DNA from: Felis catus
Taxonomy: Eukaryota
Length of the DNA stretch: 64,000 bases
NCBI RefSeq assembly: GCF_018350175.1
Contig: NC_058368.1
Location: 234,052,001-234,116,000 of the forward strand
Reading direction: 5' to 3'
Shown here: one piece after another, positions 48,608-61,540 of the stretch
How the letters are laid out: every line of letters begins with the position of its first letter
Position numbering within the stretch: position 1 is the first letter of the stretch
The notes under the pieces: generated by a model
Databases searched by the model: none
Told to the model about the DNA's origin: nothing
The model's input: only the letters and a program-made list of their open reading frames with translations
Program-made: the position numbers and the translations under genes

Positions 48608-48821
48608 TTTAAAAAAATTTTTTTAACGTTTATTTATTTTTGAGACAGAGAGAGACACAGCATGAACAGGGGAGGGGCAGAGAGAGAGGGAGACACAGAA
48701 TCGGAAGCAAGCCCCAGGCTCTGAGCCATCAGCCCAGAGCTGGGGCTCGAACTCGCGGACCGCGAGATCGTGACCTGAGTTGAAGTCGGGCGCTTAACCG
48801 ACTGAGCCACTCAGGCGCCCC
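48608..48821 (-). mobile_element. Can-SINE (young)
   Basis: Perfect 17-bp TSD AAGGATATAAAATTTTA 48591-48607/48822-48838. Confidence 0.97.
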
Positions 48822-50665
48822 AAGGATATAAAATTTTAAACCGGAGGCTCACTCGTGACCACACAGAGAAGCAGAATATTTTTTAAGGAGGTTATTAAGG
48901 CATGAATCACTTTTATGAGGACATATCAGACGGTGCCACATGCAGAGGCAATTCGACCGAGTATCTGTGAACTGTCAATCACCTCTGTGATGCTGATCGA
49001 CCTTCCCTCCCCTGACCTTCACAACCACAGTCAGCTAGACAAGAAAGATTGCCATATCTGAACACATATAATCACAGCCTCGGTTCTTTATGATTTAGAA
49101 ACAGAGTTTCTAGTTTAAGACACCATGAAGTTTAACCAGGACATTACTTCCTATTTGTCTGACCTGAAAAGGATCGTTACAAATGTAAATCACCAAATTC
49201 CCTAGACTCTACCAGGCTTTTCCAAATACCTAACTTATTATTTTCTCATAGAATAAATACTCCATCGCTTGCAGTTTATACATTAAGCAAAATAATGTGA
49301 TTCATGCGGATACCAGTAGGGGGTATTTTTTTTCCCAATTTTTACTGCACAGTTGCTATTAGGAGAATAATTGGAATGCAATTATTTAAAATCACTGGCA
49401 GTAGTGACACCAAAGAAACTGTCCCCAGTGCACTGTCCCCACTTGGAATTTAGAAATCAGCTGAAAGAGTTGGGCATGCTTCGCGTTTGTTGAGGGAAGT
49501 CACCTTCAAATATATTTCAGGTTCCAAGTCCACAGGCACCTAAAGGAGCAGTTGGGCCTTTTTGCACACAGAGGTGGAAGAGTGGCATCCCGGACAAGAG
49601 CTACTAAAAGGCCTGATAAAGCAGAGAGTACATAGCATAGAAATGTTTTCTTTCATTGGGTGTCTTCAAGGAAAGGACAATGTGTGCAGGATGACAAGAA
49701 CCTGATGAAGACAAGAGCAGCTCAAGTCTCAACCAAGGGATTTCCTGCAGGAAGATCCTAAGACTCTAAAATTCCATGACCGTCTGTAGCGTTTTGTTCC
49801 AGAGGGACCATCTGGATTCATGGCGAAAGCACGGAAGGAGAATCGGCACACCTAGGCTTCAGACTGACATTTAAGTTCCCTGAATGTCAACTTGCCCTCG
49901 GGTCTAAAATGGAGAAAATAAAATCTGCTGCTCTTTCCCTTTCTAACACATCATTTATAGAAAGACTCTGAACTCTTAAGATCAACTCCTGTAGTCTAGA
50001 AGTCTAAGAAAGTATCACAATCATACAAAATGTCAACTTGTAGGTTCTTCAAAGAGTGTTCTCCAAAGGAGTTCAAAATAAGAACCAGAAATGGCCTATC
50101 GAAGTACTTTACAAACCAAATTGAGTTTCCAGATTCATCTGTGTCTTCATCCAAAGAGATGCAAATAAACTTGGTATGCTCTAATAAGCAATTAATATAA
50201 AAAATTATTTCCTTTCCTTCTGCCCAGTACTGACTATGGTGCGCTCAGCAGTAAAATCAACATCCAATTCATAGACTTCCAACTGGACCATTTTATAATT
50301 AGCAGACTATAAGCCCAGAAAATTACTGCCAGAAACATCAAGTATTAGACAAAGAGGCTGGCTGACTACAGGGAGAGGTTTTTATTTCCCCTAAGGAAAA
50401 AATTTCTACTTATAAATTGGTTTTTCCAAAAATTACCGAAATGAAAAAAATACAATTACACTCTTTTTTTCCTAAATTGATTTATGACTAGGTTAGCTAA
50501 ATATAGAATCTTTTGAAAAAAGAAAGATTTTTACAAATGTTAAAATTAACCTTTGTGTTTTAAGAGTTCACTGTTTGACCAAAGTTATCATGAAATGTAG
50601 TCATTTTAAGTGCCTCAGGAAAAACTGAAAATGTAGATTAATGGTAGAGATAGAATCTGCAGAGA

Positions 50666-50873
50666 GGGGCGCCTGGGTGGCGCAGTCGGTTAAGCGACCG
50701 ACTTCAGCCAGGTCACGATCTCGCGGTCCGCGAGTTCGAGCCCCGCGTCAGGCTCAGGGCTGATGGCTCGGAGCCTGGAGCCTGCTTCCGATTCTGTGTC
50801 TCCCTCTCTCTCTCTGCCCCTCCCCCGTTCATGCTCTGTCTCTCTCTGTCCCAAAAATAAATAAAAACGTTGA

Positions 50874-50903
<30 letters not shown>
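50666..50903 (+). mobile_element. Can-SINE, very young Felis-type subfamily
   Basis: CpGs intact, ~22-nt pure A run, perfect TSD AGAATCTGCAGAGA 50652-50665/50904-50917. Confidence 0.98.
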
Positions 50904-50904
<1 letters not shown>

Positions 50905-51123
50905 GAATCTGCAGAGAACCCCTGCCTGGTTAACTCCAGGCTATGGGAAGAAAAGCAGTGATTTCTTTCCATTCTCCTTGATTTTCCTTTGCTCTATTTT
51001 TTTTTTCTAAGTTTTCTAAGTTTTAGCACATTCCCTTGGGTGTCCAAAATTCTAAATCTGTTACCTGACTCCCCTCCTTTCAGTGCGATGCCTATTTATC
51101 CAAACTAGAAATGTCCAAATAGG

Positions 51124-51581
51124 GGGGTGCCTGGGTGGCTCAGTCAGTTAAGCATCCAACTTTGGCTCAGGTCATGATCCCATGGCTCGTGAGTTTGAGC
51201 CCCACGTCGGGCTCTGTGCTGGCTGCTCAGAGCCTGCTGCCTGCCTCAGATTCTGGGTCTCCCTCTCTCTCTGCCCCACCCCTGTTTGCACTCTGTCTCT
51301 CTCTCTCAAAAATGAATAAACGTTATGGGGCGCCTGGGTGGCGCAGTCGGTTAAGCGTCCGACTTCAGCCAGGTCACGATCTCGCGGTCCGTGAGTTCGA
51401 GCCCCGCGTCGGGCTCTGGGCTGATGGCTCAGAGCCTGGAGCCTGTTTCCGATTCTGTGTCTCCCTCTCTCTCTGCCCCTCCCCCGTTCATGCTCTGTCT
51501 CTCTCTGTCCCAAAAATAAAAAACGTTGAAAAAAAAATTAAAAATGAATAAACGTTAAAAAATTTTTTTAAAAAGAAAGAA
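51124..51581 (+). mobile_element. Can-SINE (outer), with a young SINE in its tail
   Basis: TSD AGAAATGTCCAAATAGG/AGAAGTGTCCAAATAGG. Confidence 0.94.
51327..51539 (+). mobile_element. Can-SINE (inner, young Felis-type)
   Basis: TSD AAAAATGAATAAACGTTA 51308-51325/51540-51557. Confidence 0.96.
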
Positions 51582-51624
51582 AGAAGTGTCCAAATAGGAT
51601 CTGACTCCTTTGGTTCACTAAGAA

Positions 51625-51706
51625 GAAAGAAAAGAAAAGAAAAGAAAAGAAAAGAAAAGAAAAGAAAAGAAAAGAAAAGAAAAGAAAAGAAAAGAAAAGA
51701 AAAGAA
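51625..51706. repeat. (GAAAA)n pentanucleotide repeat, ~15 units
   Basis: Directly visible. Confidence 0.97.
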
Positions 51707-51899
51707 GACAAACCCTTACATTTCTTGTGATCCAGTCTTTCAGAGTAACATTTAATAACAGAAGCAAGTTCCAGTAAATACCCAAACTACTTTATATTAA
51801 ACCAGTTCTAGGCAAAGGAGTGTACCTTCTCCGTGCTTAAGGCTGCTCACCTCAAATACCTCAGAGACAGAAGTCATTCTCTTTCAAGACTTTTCCTCT

Positions 51900-52380
51900 T
51901 GAAACATGTTGAAAAATTCCCAGACCATCATCAGCCTCTCTCTATTCCTTGCTATCATCCCTTCCCATCACCTCCCCATCTTTCTGGCTCATTCCAAAAT
52001 TCAGTGAAGACTTTAATGCTAGGCTCACACTCATTTTTTTCTTCCCTAAGTACAACTATCTTCCTGGGTAACTTCAGTGCAATCTGGAAAGCCCATCCAA
52101 CGTGCCCCCTCAAAGGTTTTCTCACGTTTTGGATCCATTCAACTTCCTTCCCGTTCTACCACAGTGGTTGGTTCCCATGGTAATATCCTGGATCTTGTTA
52201 ACATTGGAAATTCTTCACATCTGAACATAGGAACTTTAAGGTATCACAAATCCAACCCCTCCCTCCTGTCCCCTCTTCCTCCCACTACATTTGGGTTTTT
52301 TGGCCTTAAATGACTACTCATTTGACTCCTCTTGCCTTTATGCTTTTTATCTAACCTGCACCCAACAGTGTCAGTACCTT
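51900..52380 (+). mobile_element. L2 fragment (endonuclease region)
   Basis: TCATTCCAAAATTCAGTGAAGACTTTAATGCTAGGCTC..CTATCTTCCTGGGTAACTTCA..CCCATGGTAATATCCTGGATCTTG. Confidence 0.6.
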
Positions 52381-52970
52381 GAGCTGATTCTTTTATGTCC
52401 ATGTGCTGAATTCACCTCACGTGTGCCGCACCCTGCTGGGCCAATGCTCGCCTTCCGTGCGTGGGGCTGATCCCTGTTGTAAAGAACAGCTCAGTCCTGT
52501 CTCCTGGCCCCGGTATAGTGCACTCCACCTCCCATACTGCGTTGACAGAGGCGTCCTTCCACTTCCTGCAGGCAACTCCCTCCACCATTTCCTTCGCTGA
52601 CTCACAGCCCTGGTCTCAAACTCTCTGCAAATTAATGAATTTGTAAATCTATTCTCACATCTAGTAGCCTATCTGTTTTTCCATCTCTTCTTTTATTTAC
52701 TCAGCCACTTTTTAAAAATGTTTATTAAGGGTCCACAGTGTGTAAATAGTATACTGGGCAATGGGGTAATAACAGAGTGTTTATTCTTAGGGGGCTCATA
52801 GCATAGCAGAAAAGACATAACTGCAACCTCACACTTTGTGGGTGTTTCACTATGTTAATGGAAGGAGGCCCAACAGGTGGAGGATGGTTATGTCTCTGCA
52901 CATTAGAGTTATAGTTGGCTTTCAGCTTATATTTTCTACTTATTTATATGTTATAAAATTTATCATTTGA

Positions 52971-53148
52971 GGGGCGCCTGGGTGGCTCACTTGATTAGGT
53001 GTCTGACCCTGGGTTTTGGCTCAAGTCATGACCTCATGGTTCATGGGTTCAAGCCCTGCCTCGGGCTCTGAGCTGACAGTGCAGAGCCTGCTTGGAATTC
53101 TCTCTCTCTCTCCCTCCCTCTCTCAAAATAAATAAATAATTAATTAAA
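52971..53148 (+). mobile_element. Can-SINE
   Basis: Typical head and tail; degenerate TSD ..TTATCATTTGA/..TTAGCAATTGA. Confidence 0.93.
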
Positions 53149-53196
53149 AAAATTAGCAATTGAATATGTATTATTATTAAAATAAGAAAAGTGGTA

Positions 53197-53584
53197 TGTA
53201 TTGGTCAGGGCTCTCCAAAGGAACCCAACCAATAAGGGTAGATTTCGAAGGAAGGACACATTTTCGAAGGAATTGACCCATGGGTTGTGGACACTGCCAT
53301 GTTCAAAGGTTGTAGGCAAGGCCTGCAGGCTGGAAACTCAGGCAGGAGTTCTGTGTTGAAGTCTCAAGGCAGAATTTCTTCTTCTCCAGGAAACCCCGGG
53401 TTTTGCTCTTGGGACTTTCCAATGACTAGATGAGGTCCACCCACATTATCAAGGGCGATTCCTTCACTTCAAGTCAACTGATTGCAGGTGCTAATAACAT
53501 CAACAAAATGCTTTCACCGCAACATCTAGACAAGCACTTGTGTGCTTAGCCTAGCCAAATTGACACATAAAATTAACTATCACA
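53197..53584 (-). mobile_element. ERVL solo LTR (MLT2D-like)
   Basis: TGTATTGGTCAGGGCTCTCCA..GCAGGCTGGAAACTCAGGCAG..AGCCTAGCCAAATTGACACATAAAATTAACTATCACA. Confidence 0.88.
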
Positions 53585-53587
53585 GGA

Positions 53588-53943
53588 TATTATGGACTCA
53601 GTTGTGTCCCTTCAAAATGTATACGTTGAAGCCTTAATCCCCAATACGACTGTATCTGGAGATAGGGTTTAGAAGGAGGTAATAAAGATCAAATGAGAAC
53701 ATAAGGCTGGGTCTTACTCTAATGGGACTAGTGTCTTTATAAGAACAGGAAGAAACACAGAGATCCGAGGACATAGCAAGAATCGATCATTTGCAAGCCA
53801 GGAAACCAGTTTTCCCCAGAAATCATCCTTGACTCACCTTGCTCTTGTATTTCCAGCCTCCCCAAATATGAGAAAATAAATTCCTGTAGTTTAGGCCACC
53901 CAGTCTGTGGTGTTTTGTTATGTCACTCTAGCAGACTAATACA
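53588..53943 (+). mobile_element. MaLR solo LTR (MLT1A-like)
   Basis: TATTATGGACTCAGTTGTGTCCC..CCACCCAGTCTGTGGTGTTTTGTTATG..GCAGACTAATACA; TSD CAGGA/CAGGG. Confidence 0.9.
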
Positions 53944-54929
53944 CAGGGTACTGTTAAAAAAGAAAAAAGAGAGAGAAGGCCACCTATTATAGACAATGAT
54001 TGATACAATACTAATATTCAAACCTGGCCATATATCGGATTACATGGGGAACTTTCACAAGTGTGGTTTCCATGCCCAAATCCTGGGGGTTCCCACTCTG
54101 TACTGGGGGATGAGGAAGGTGTGAACCTATGCGTCTGCTCTGAGCAGCGATCTGCCCAGCAGAGACACAGCACAGAGGGTTGTGAGACAGGGCACTGTAG
54201 TAGACATGAAACCTTATGATTTCTCTTTATATGGTATATATTTGCATCTAAACAGGCAAGAATTTTGGCCTGAACAATCTTTAACATGTGGACCGATATC
54301 TGTGTCCCCTTTCAGCCCAGCATCAGGGAGTCACTATAACATGCAAGTGGAATGAGGTCCCATCACGATGAGTCAACTTCCAGTGGGTTAACCCATGACA
54401 GGCTTTCCACACTCCTTTGCTCGCCCTCGACAAATGCTGTCATGGATGCCATATGTGTGGCCAATGTAAATACAGCAGTAAATAGATTTATGGATATAAT
54501 CAAATCTCAACTAAGCAAGCCCCACAAAATGGACAGCTGGCTTTAAAAGATACCAGTTACGAAATTAATTATTGAACATAAAGCTCACAGTGTAAGCACA
54601 GGTGACCAACAGGGGATGGCAGAGTTTCCAAAGGCTCTTTTTTAGCCTTCAAAAGAGGCATAGGATAATGGTCTAGTTGGGGTTGACAAGGGTCAGCCCC
54701 AAAATATTCAAAATTATCAGAAGACTATTAGCAATACAGATTCACACCCACCCACATTGGCAATCATACCATGACTTGAAATACTAGCAAAAGATAGTTT
54801 GAAGTTGTAGTGATTTATGAAAAGTTGAAAAGTCATATCCTCTTTCTCTTCAATGTGAGACTTTCTGTGTCTCTTTTGGGCTACATTTCATGACTCATAC
54901 ACTACATTAGCACGTTATTGCCCATAGAG

Positions 54930-55490
54930 TCCACCATATGGTGCTGAGAAACTGGAATGGGCCAGAGGATTTGAGAAAGTGACGATTGGTAGGGACCTTG
55001 GGGATGGCGACTTCAGTGGGATCGTTGGGTTGAAGTCTTGCTGGAAATACACTCGGATGAGAACAGAGGTGAGAAAGTGAAGACAAAAAAAGACAAGTCT
55101 TCACAGGAAATTTGCTCTCAAGGGTCAGGGTGAAATGGGGTAGTGGCTGGAGGGATAATTATGCCACGGGAAGGATGTTTTAAGGGGAGAGAATATAGCA
55201 TTTTTAAATGCTGATGCAAATGACCCTGTGCAAATTAAAATTTGATTATATAAGATGTAAAGGGAGTAATTTCAGGAACAAGATTCCAGAAATAGATGAG
55301 AAAGGGGGAGTCTGGTGCATAGCGGGAGAGCTGGTCTTTGCCAGGGCAAGGAGAATTCATTCCTTGTCACTGGAGAGACAGCAGAGTGTATGGATATGAA
55401 CCAAGGCCATTGGCAGAATTGGTGGGGAGAGGGTGATGAAGTTCTCTGATCACTTCTCTGTGAAATCAGGGGCAGGCTGTCAGGGGAGGA
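54930..55490 (-). mobile_element. L2 fragment
   Basis: GCCAGAGGATTTGAG..ATTGGTAGGGACCTTGG..GAGGTGAGAAAGTGAAGACA..GAAATGGGGTAGTGGCTGGAGGG. Confidence 0.75.
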
Positions 55491-56059
55491 GAATCCATGC
55501 GTACCAATAGAAGCGACTCTTCACCTGGTGACCACGAGAGGCTTCATGGCAAGCAACAATCCCCATGAAGAAACTAGTGAAGTCTGTGGTTTACCCCAAA
55601 TACCTTGAATAACAGCAAACTGTCTATAATAGTGCATCGACTTCCAATTCCTTGTTATTAATGAGTAAAACCCTTGTTAATCTCTTACATGGACCACTCC
55701 CTGCTGATCATCTTTAGACCTGCGCCTGGATCAGCTGACCACTATTGCACCTCCCACGGGGTTCTTGTCCCACCCCCTCTGGATTTCGTGCTGCCACGAC
55801 CTCCCTTTTGAACTTTCATTGCCATTTTCAGAAAAAAACCAGTCTTGCTCAAAGTCCGCAGGAAATAGATTCAGCCCCAGCTCCGCTGCACCATGAAAGT
55901 GTTCGTTCCCCAAAAACACAATGAGATGCCTGTCTCAGCTCAGTTCTTTCTGTCTTTGCCCAAATCTTCAGTGTTCATACCTCATCAGTGTGTTTCCTGC
56001 CAGGTGCCTCCTTCCTCTGGCCAAGAGAGGGAAACGTCCTTTTAGATCGGATAAAATTT

Positions 56060-56256
56060 TTTTAAATATTTTTAATGTTTATTTATTTTTGAGAGAGCAA
56101 GCAAGCAGAGGAGGAGCGGAGAGAGGGAGACAGAGGATCCAAGGCTGTGTCTGCACTGACAGCAGCGAGCCCGAGGCAGGGCTGAAACCATGAACGGTGA
56201 GATCATGACTTGAGCCGAAGTCGGATGCGCAACCAACCGAGCCACCCAGGCGCCCC
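56060..56256 (-). mobile_element. Can-SINE
   Basis: TSD TAGATCGGATAAAATTT/TAGATTGGATAAAATTT. Confidence 0.96.
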
Positions 56257-58208
56257 TAGATTGGATAAAATTTGTAAAGTGAATGTTCCACTATGCACAA
56301 TGTAAACACTAAGATGCTTCCTGCTCCCTGCCGTGAAGCAGCCCTCTTACTGAACCTCCAGTTTGACCACCTCCCAACTTGGCTCCCAGCGTCTTGCTGG
56401 CGTGGGCCAGGGGAAGCAGTTCAAAATGATAAAGAAGCACACAGAAAGGGCTTTTTGAAACTACCTTAGCTACTCTAAGCAAAGATACGGGGCTCACAGC
56501 ATAGCCCTTTGAAAGCTTAAAGCCTGATCGCCTGCTTGTTTCCATTTACGGGACTAAAGAAACCCTATTCTCATCCAAGCTCTCCAAGAGAGAGAATTTT
56601 CACTCTCTGCCATTTTCAATCCCAATGGCACAGGAAGGGCCAGAGTACTCCAAGTTGAACCTTCATTTAGAACAGCAGTAACAACAGATAACTGTCTGGC
56701 AATGTTAGAGCTATTAATCGTGGCAGAAAAAAAAAAAAAAAACCCACCAAGTTATGTAACCTGCCTGCTATCACACATTATGCTTATTATCACCTGAATA
56801 ACATGATCAGAATGGGAGTTGAACTTCAGAAGTCCTGACTCGGAGAAAGGACACAGCGAAGCACAGCCCCACAGAAACTCACAGAAAGGAACACGCAGAT
56901 GAAAGTCACATCTGACGGGCTTCATCTTGCTAAAGGCAAGTCACGATTTGGGGGAACAGACGTGGCACAGGGAAGCATGACGTCACAGTGGAAGGAACGA
57001 CAGGGATGTGTCCTCCCTCTTCCCCGGGTCCACTAGCTTTCAGACCAAGTCTGTCAGGTTTTTGTTTTGCTCCTCTTTGCCTACTCACTTCCCAGGTTTA
57101 TTTCCAGAGAATTCCATCTGCACACACATAAAGTCACTGACTTGTCAGCTCTTTTTCATTTTGTGCCCGAGAGCCAATAGCTTTCAGGTGAGGAGGGAAA
57201 TTACAAACAAGTTATAAATACACACAAGTCCTCTTCTGGGCATTAATTTTCTCCTTCACACTTAAGTGCCAGGGAAGAAATTTAATGGAATGTCCCCAGT
57301 CTCCAAGCCACAGGGAGTCTCCAAGACAAGCCCTGTCTTACCCTAGGGAGAGTGGAAAGGAGGGCAGTGGAACAAGGGGACTCCCCAGCATGAAAGGAGC
57401 TAGGACTTCAGAAGAACTAAATATTGCAAGTTTCCAGGAAGGAAAAGAAGTTTTTTCCATTATTCATGCGAACACTGTTAATGATTTCATTTCACATTCA
57501 AACCAGTGAGGCCTAGCACCGCTAAAAATGGAAGCTAATATCAAATGCCACAGGCATCGGTTTAGCTGGTACCTATAAAGAATGAAGCACTTCAAACAGA
57601 ATCATAAAAATAGGACATCAATCATCTTGCCACATTTGTTCATCATAGGTAAGAAAAATCCAGGCAAACCAAATTTTGCAGGCTTTTGTTTCTTGGGGAA
57701 ATAATGCTATTTGATTAAATCTATTAAAATGCCACCTCAACGTACGGATTTGGGCCAACCTGCAATATTCACATTAACTTTATTGATCTTAAACTTCATC
57801 TGATCTTGCCAGTATCCTATATTTAGTCACATACTAAAGAGATGTATATTTTAGGGTAGGAGAAAGATTTAGAGGCTGGCAGCACTAAACCTTCACCACT
57901 ATTCCCATTAACATTTTTCTAGCCATATTTTAGATAAAGTGAAAAATTTATTGGTTGTTTTATTGTGTGGTATACTTGATTCATGTGGTGCTGCCCAAGC
58001 CTGCCAATAAATACTTGCCTGTCCAATGTATTTCATTCGCCTAAGGACAAGCACAGATGTATAAATCTTCATTCAGAGTCCAAGGGTTTAGTCTAGCCCA
58101 TAGTCATGTGGCAAGGAGAAATTCAGAACCAAATGTGCAGAACAATAGAAAGAGGGGTAGACAATGCAAAAGACCCAAGTGATGCAGAGGAATATAAAGG
58201 AATACCTG

Positions 58209-58417
58209 GGGGTGCCTGGGTGGCTCAGTAGGTTAAGCGTCCGACCCTTGATCGTGGCCCTGGTCATGATCTCACAGTTCACGGAATCGAGCCCCATGTC
58301 GGACTCTGCACTGACAGCACGGAACCTGCTTGGGATTCTCTGTCTCCCTCTCTCTCTCTCTGCCCCTCCCCTGCTCTCTCTCTCCCAAATAAATAAATAG
58401 ACACCAAAAAAAACCTT
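58209..58417 (+). mobile_element. Can-SINE
   Basis: TSD TAAAGGAATACCTG/TAAAGGAATACTTG. Confidence 0.96.
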
Positions 58418-58679
58418 TAAAGGAATACTTGTTCTGAGCCCAGAGAGGAGGTGGCCATGGTGAGTTGGAGCTACTGGCAAGAACTCCAAGTTGAAGGACA
58501 GTTGATTTAAGCCGTGAAAGATAGGTTGGCCTTGGAGGAACAGAGAGGAAGATTTGGAGGAAAATTGCTGTTAGGTAGGGCAAAGAGATTTAGCAAAGTC
58601 ATAAGCTTAGAAACACCCAGTGACTTCAGATGGTGGTTTACCAGAGGTGAGCCCCATGGAGGAGAACAGGGGAGATGGA

Positions 58680-58960
58680 GACTTGTACTAGATTATTCTG
58701 GTACAAGAGGCCTTGAATGCTAAATAGAGGAATTCAACCTTTATCTTCCAGTTAGTGGGTAAACCTTAGACATTTTAGGGTCAACTAATGACATCACAAA
58801 GCATCAATTGAGGCAGGCTAGACTTACATCAGCGTACATCATGGAGAGTGAGAAACCATAGGTTGGAAGAAGTTTGCACAAGAGCAGGTGAGAGGTGATA
58901 ATGGCCTGTTGTGAAGTGGTGTGGAAAGGAATAAAAAGGTAGAAAAAGATTATAAGACTT
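58680..58960 (-). mobile_element. L2 fragment
   Basis: GAGGCCTTGAATGCTAAATAGAGGAATTCAACCTTTATC..GCAGGTGAGAGGTGATAATGGCCTG. Confidence 0.7.
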
Positions 58961-59452
58961 AAGGACAGGATACATGAAGTGAGACGGAAGAGGCAAAAAT
59001 AACAAAGTTCTAACCAGAAGAGCCTTAGAAAGTGTTAACCATACTGGAATTCAGGAAACACTGCTGACAAGCATCTTTGGAAAGAACATGCACACAGCCT
59101 CAAACGTGTTGAGGCTGGGAAGACTGAAGGAAAAAGAATTGCAAACACTCGGGGTGAAAGCAGAGATGGGGATGAGAGCCTGGGTAGGAGTCAGGCTGGA
59201 AAGCGGTGCACGAGTCGTCCGCGTGATGCTGAGCAGAGGGAGATGGGCTGCGGAGGAAACGAGGTGGAGTCTGAATGGTGGAGCTGGACGAGGGATGCAG
59301 TTATCAGCCACAGGAAAGAAGGAACAGATAGAAAGCTGGATTTTAAAGGCAGCCAAGAAATTACAAGGGAAAAACTTCTGTTCAGATCCCAATGGTTTCA
59401 GAGTTTGGGCTCAATCTAAATTGTATGTCTAAAATTAAAATTAATCATTTTC

Positions 59453-59674
59453 GGGGCGCCTGGGTGGCGCAGTCGGTTAAGCGTCCGACTTCAGCCAGGT
59501 CACGATCTCGCGGTCCGTGAGTTCGAGCCCCGCGTCAGGCTCTGGGCTGATGGCTCAGAGCCTGGAGCCTGTTTCCGATTCTGTGTCTCCCTCTCTCTCT
59601 GCCCCTCCCCCGTTCATGCTCTGTCTCTCTCTGTCCCAAAAATAAATAAACGTTGAAAAAAAAAATTAAAAAAA
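59453..59674 (+). mobile_element. Can-SINE, young Felis-type
   Basis: Perfect TSD AAAATTAATCATTTTC 59437-59452/59675-59690; CpGs intact. Confidence 0.98.
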
Positions 59675-59714
59675 AAAATTAATCATTTTCATTAATTGTA
59701 TAAAAGAATGAAGA

Positions 59715-59876
59715 GAGGCGCCTGGGGGGTCAGTTGGTTAAGTGTCTGACTCTTGATTTCGGCTCAGGTCATGATCTCACAGTTCAGCATTTCAAGCCCC
59801 GTGTCGGGCTCTGGTGCTGACAGTGCAGAGCCTGCTTGAGATTCTGTCTCTGTCTCTTTCTATTTCTCCCCTGCTT

Positions 59877-59919
<43 letters not shown>

Positions 59920-59935
59920 ATAAATAAACTTTAAA
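59715..59935 (+). mobile_element. Can-SINE with long (CT)n
   Basis: TSD AAAAGAATG.. Confidence 0.94.
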
Positions 59936-60539
59936 AAAAGAATGCAAAGAATTGGTGAAAATATATGGGAAAATAGGCTATTTCTAGAGATTTTTACATT
60001 ATCAGTTTAAAGATTACTAAAACATTTCAAAATAATTCTTATCAGCTGTTATCAGTCCTTGTGTTATTCTAGACTCTAGGTCTGGCTCCTAAACCTGCTA
60101 CATGAATGTTTATTGAATTGATGGATGGATGATAGACAGACAGATGAACATCAGGGTAGTGTTCGTTTTCGTAATATACTATCAACACCAGAATTTGACT
60201 GTAAAAGTTGCTTGTATCCAAAAGAAACTTATTTTCAACGAAAGAGGGAGATTTAACAAGCCTGGGATAGTAGGCACCATGGGGATCCTTCCACCTAAAC
60301 ATTTGGAAACAGGCTTAACCATCTGACAGGAGAAGAGTTTCCAGGAGGCAGAAAACTAGGGTCTTGGGCTCATTTCCATTCTACACAACAGCTGTGGTAC
60401 TTACTGCTTGTCTTGGGCTATCAGTGGCTTCAGCTGTGAGTCATGGTAATTATGCCTTCTTTTGCCAGAGGCAAAAGATTCCTTAGAGTCATTTTGTTGC
60501 CTACGGCCTCTGATATAGATAATACGAAGTGACAGCCCT

Positions 60540-61540
60540 TCCTGTTCAAACATGGTGGGAGGAACCCACATGACAAGCCGTGGTTCCTCTAGAGTCCCTG
60601 CCACTGGAGAATAGAGGGATAAAGGCTCATAGCACCATGAAGACAAAGCAAGCAGAAGGAGAGACAGTGGTGAATAAAAGATGTCAACCAAATTCCGGAA
60701 GCTAGAGAGTAGATGTACCCATGAGTGGTAACTGATTTAGCGGAACAGAAAAAAACCCACAAATTAAGTGGGTTCCAGTGGGGGAACACAGGAGGAATGT
60801 TGTATCATGTCACAGAATGAGGAAGGTCCAGGAACATGGCTACCATCCTTTAGAGGAACACCTGATGTCAGTCTGTGGGAGAGGCAGAGGTCCCATCTCT
60901 ACCCCAACCAAATGCTGAGTTTTCTTTCCGGAGAGGTTAAATCATGGGGATTCTAATCATGGCACCAGTTTCAGCCAAGGGTAGGCTGCCTTCCTGAAGA
61001 TGTAGTGAATGTCTAGAATAGCGCTCTCCAAAGGAACTCTCTGAGATGGTGAGAATGTTCTATACATAAGCTGCCCAGTGATGCGGGAGCAGTTCTGGCC
61101 CTTAAACTCTTGGAATGTGGCTAGGGCAACTGAGGAAGCAAGGTTCTTGTGTCAACACATTTTCATCCATTTGCATTTAAATAGCTACGTGTCATGTAGG
61201 ACAGCAAAGGTCTAGAAACTGCATGCTGATGTCCTTGTGCCTTTATCTTCCCCCAAAGCCTACCTACAGTAACAGCATCCAGCTTAGGGCACAGGCAGAA
61301 GAGGATGGCAAATTTCTCCTGGGAAAACTGGGTCACGGGAGAAGAAAGACCTAGACACAGACGCATTAGTGGGTTCTCCAGCAGAAGAGAGTGGTCTCCA
61401 TCAAGAGCACCATCAGGACAGACCCCCTCAGGGAGCTTCTTACTTGCATGGTGCATCTAATCTGGTTTTTATACACTCTGTTTCAAATAAAAACAGGCAA
61501 CCAAGCATTGTCAGTCATTTGAGGAAAACCTCTGCCATGC
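60540..61540 (+). mobile_element. Ancient L1M 5' region, interrupted by MER3
   Basis: GGAAGCTAGAGAGTAGATG..TGAGTGGTAACTGATTTAGC; AACAGGCAACCAAGCATTGTCAGTCATTTGAGGAAA. Confidence 0.55.
61019..61209 (+). mobile_element. hAT-Charlie MITE (MER3-like)
   Basis: TAGCGCTCTCCAAAGGAACT...GGACAGCAAAG; perfect 8-bp TSD GTCTAGAA at 61011-61018 and 61210-61217. Confidence 0.88.

Noticed and set aside
54300..54850. Possible CR1/L3 remnant or exon
   Set aside because: The similarity is too faint to support by eye.
7949..60443. About 13 AP-1 TGA(C/G)TCA sites across the window
   Set aside because: Close to the roughly 8-10 expected by chance, and not clustered.
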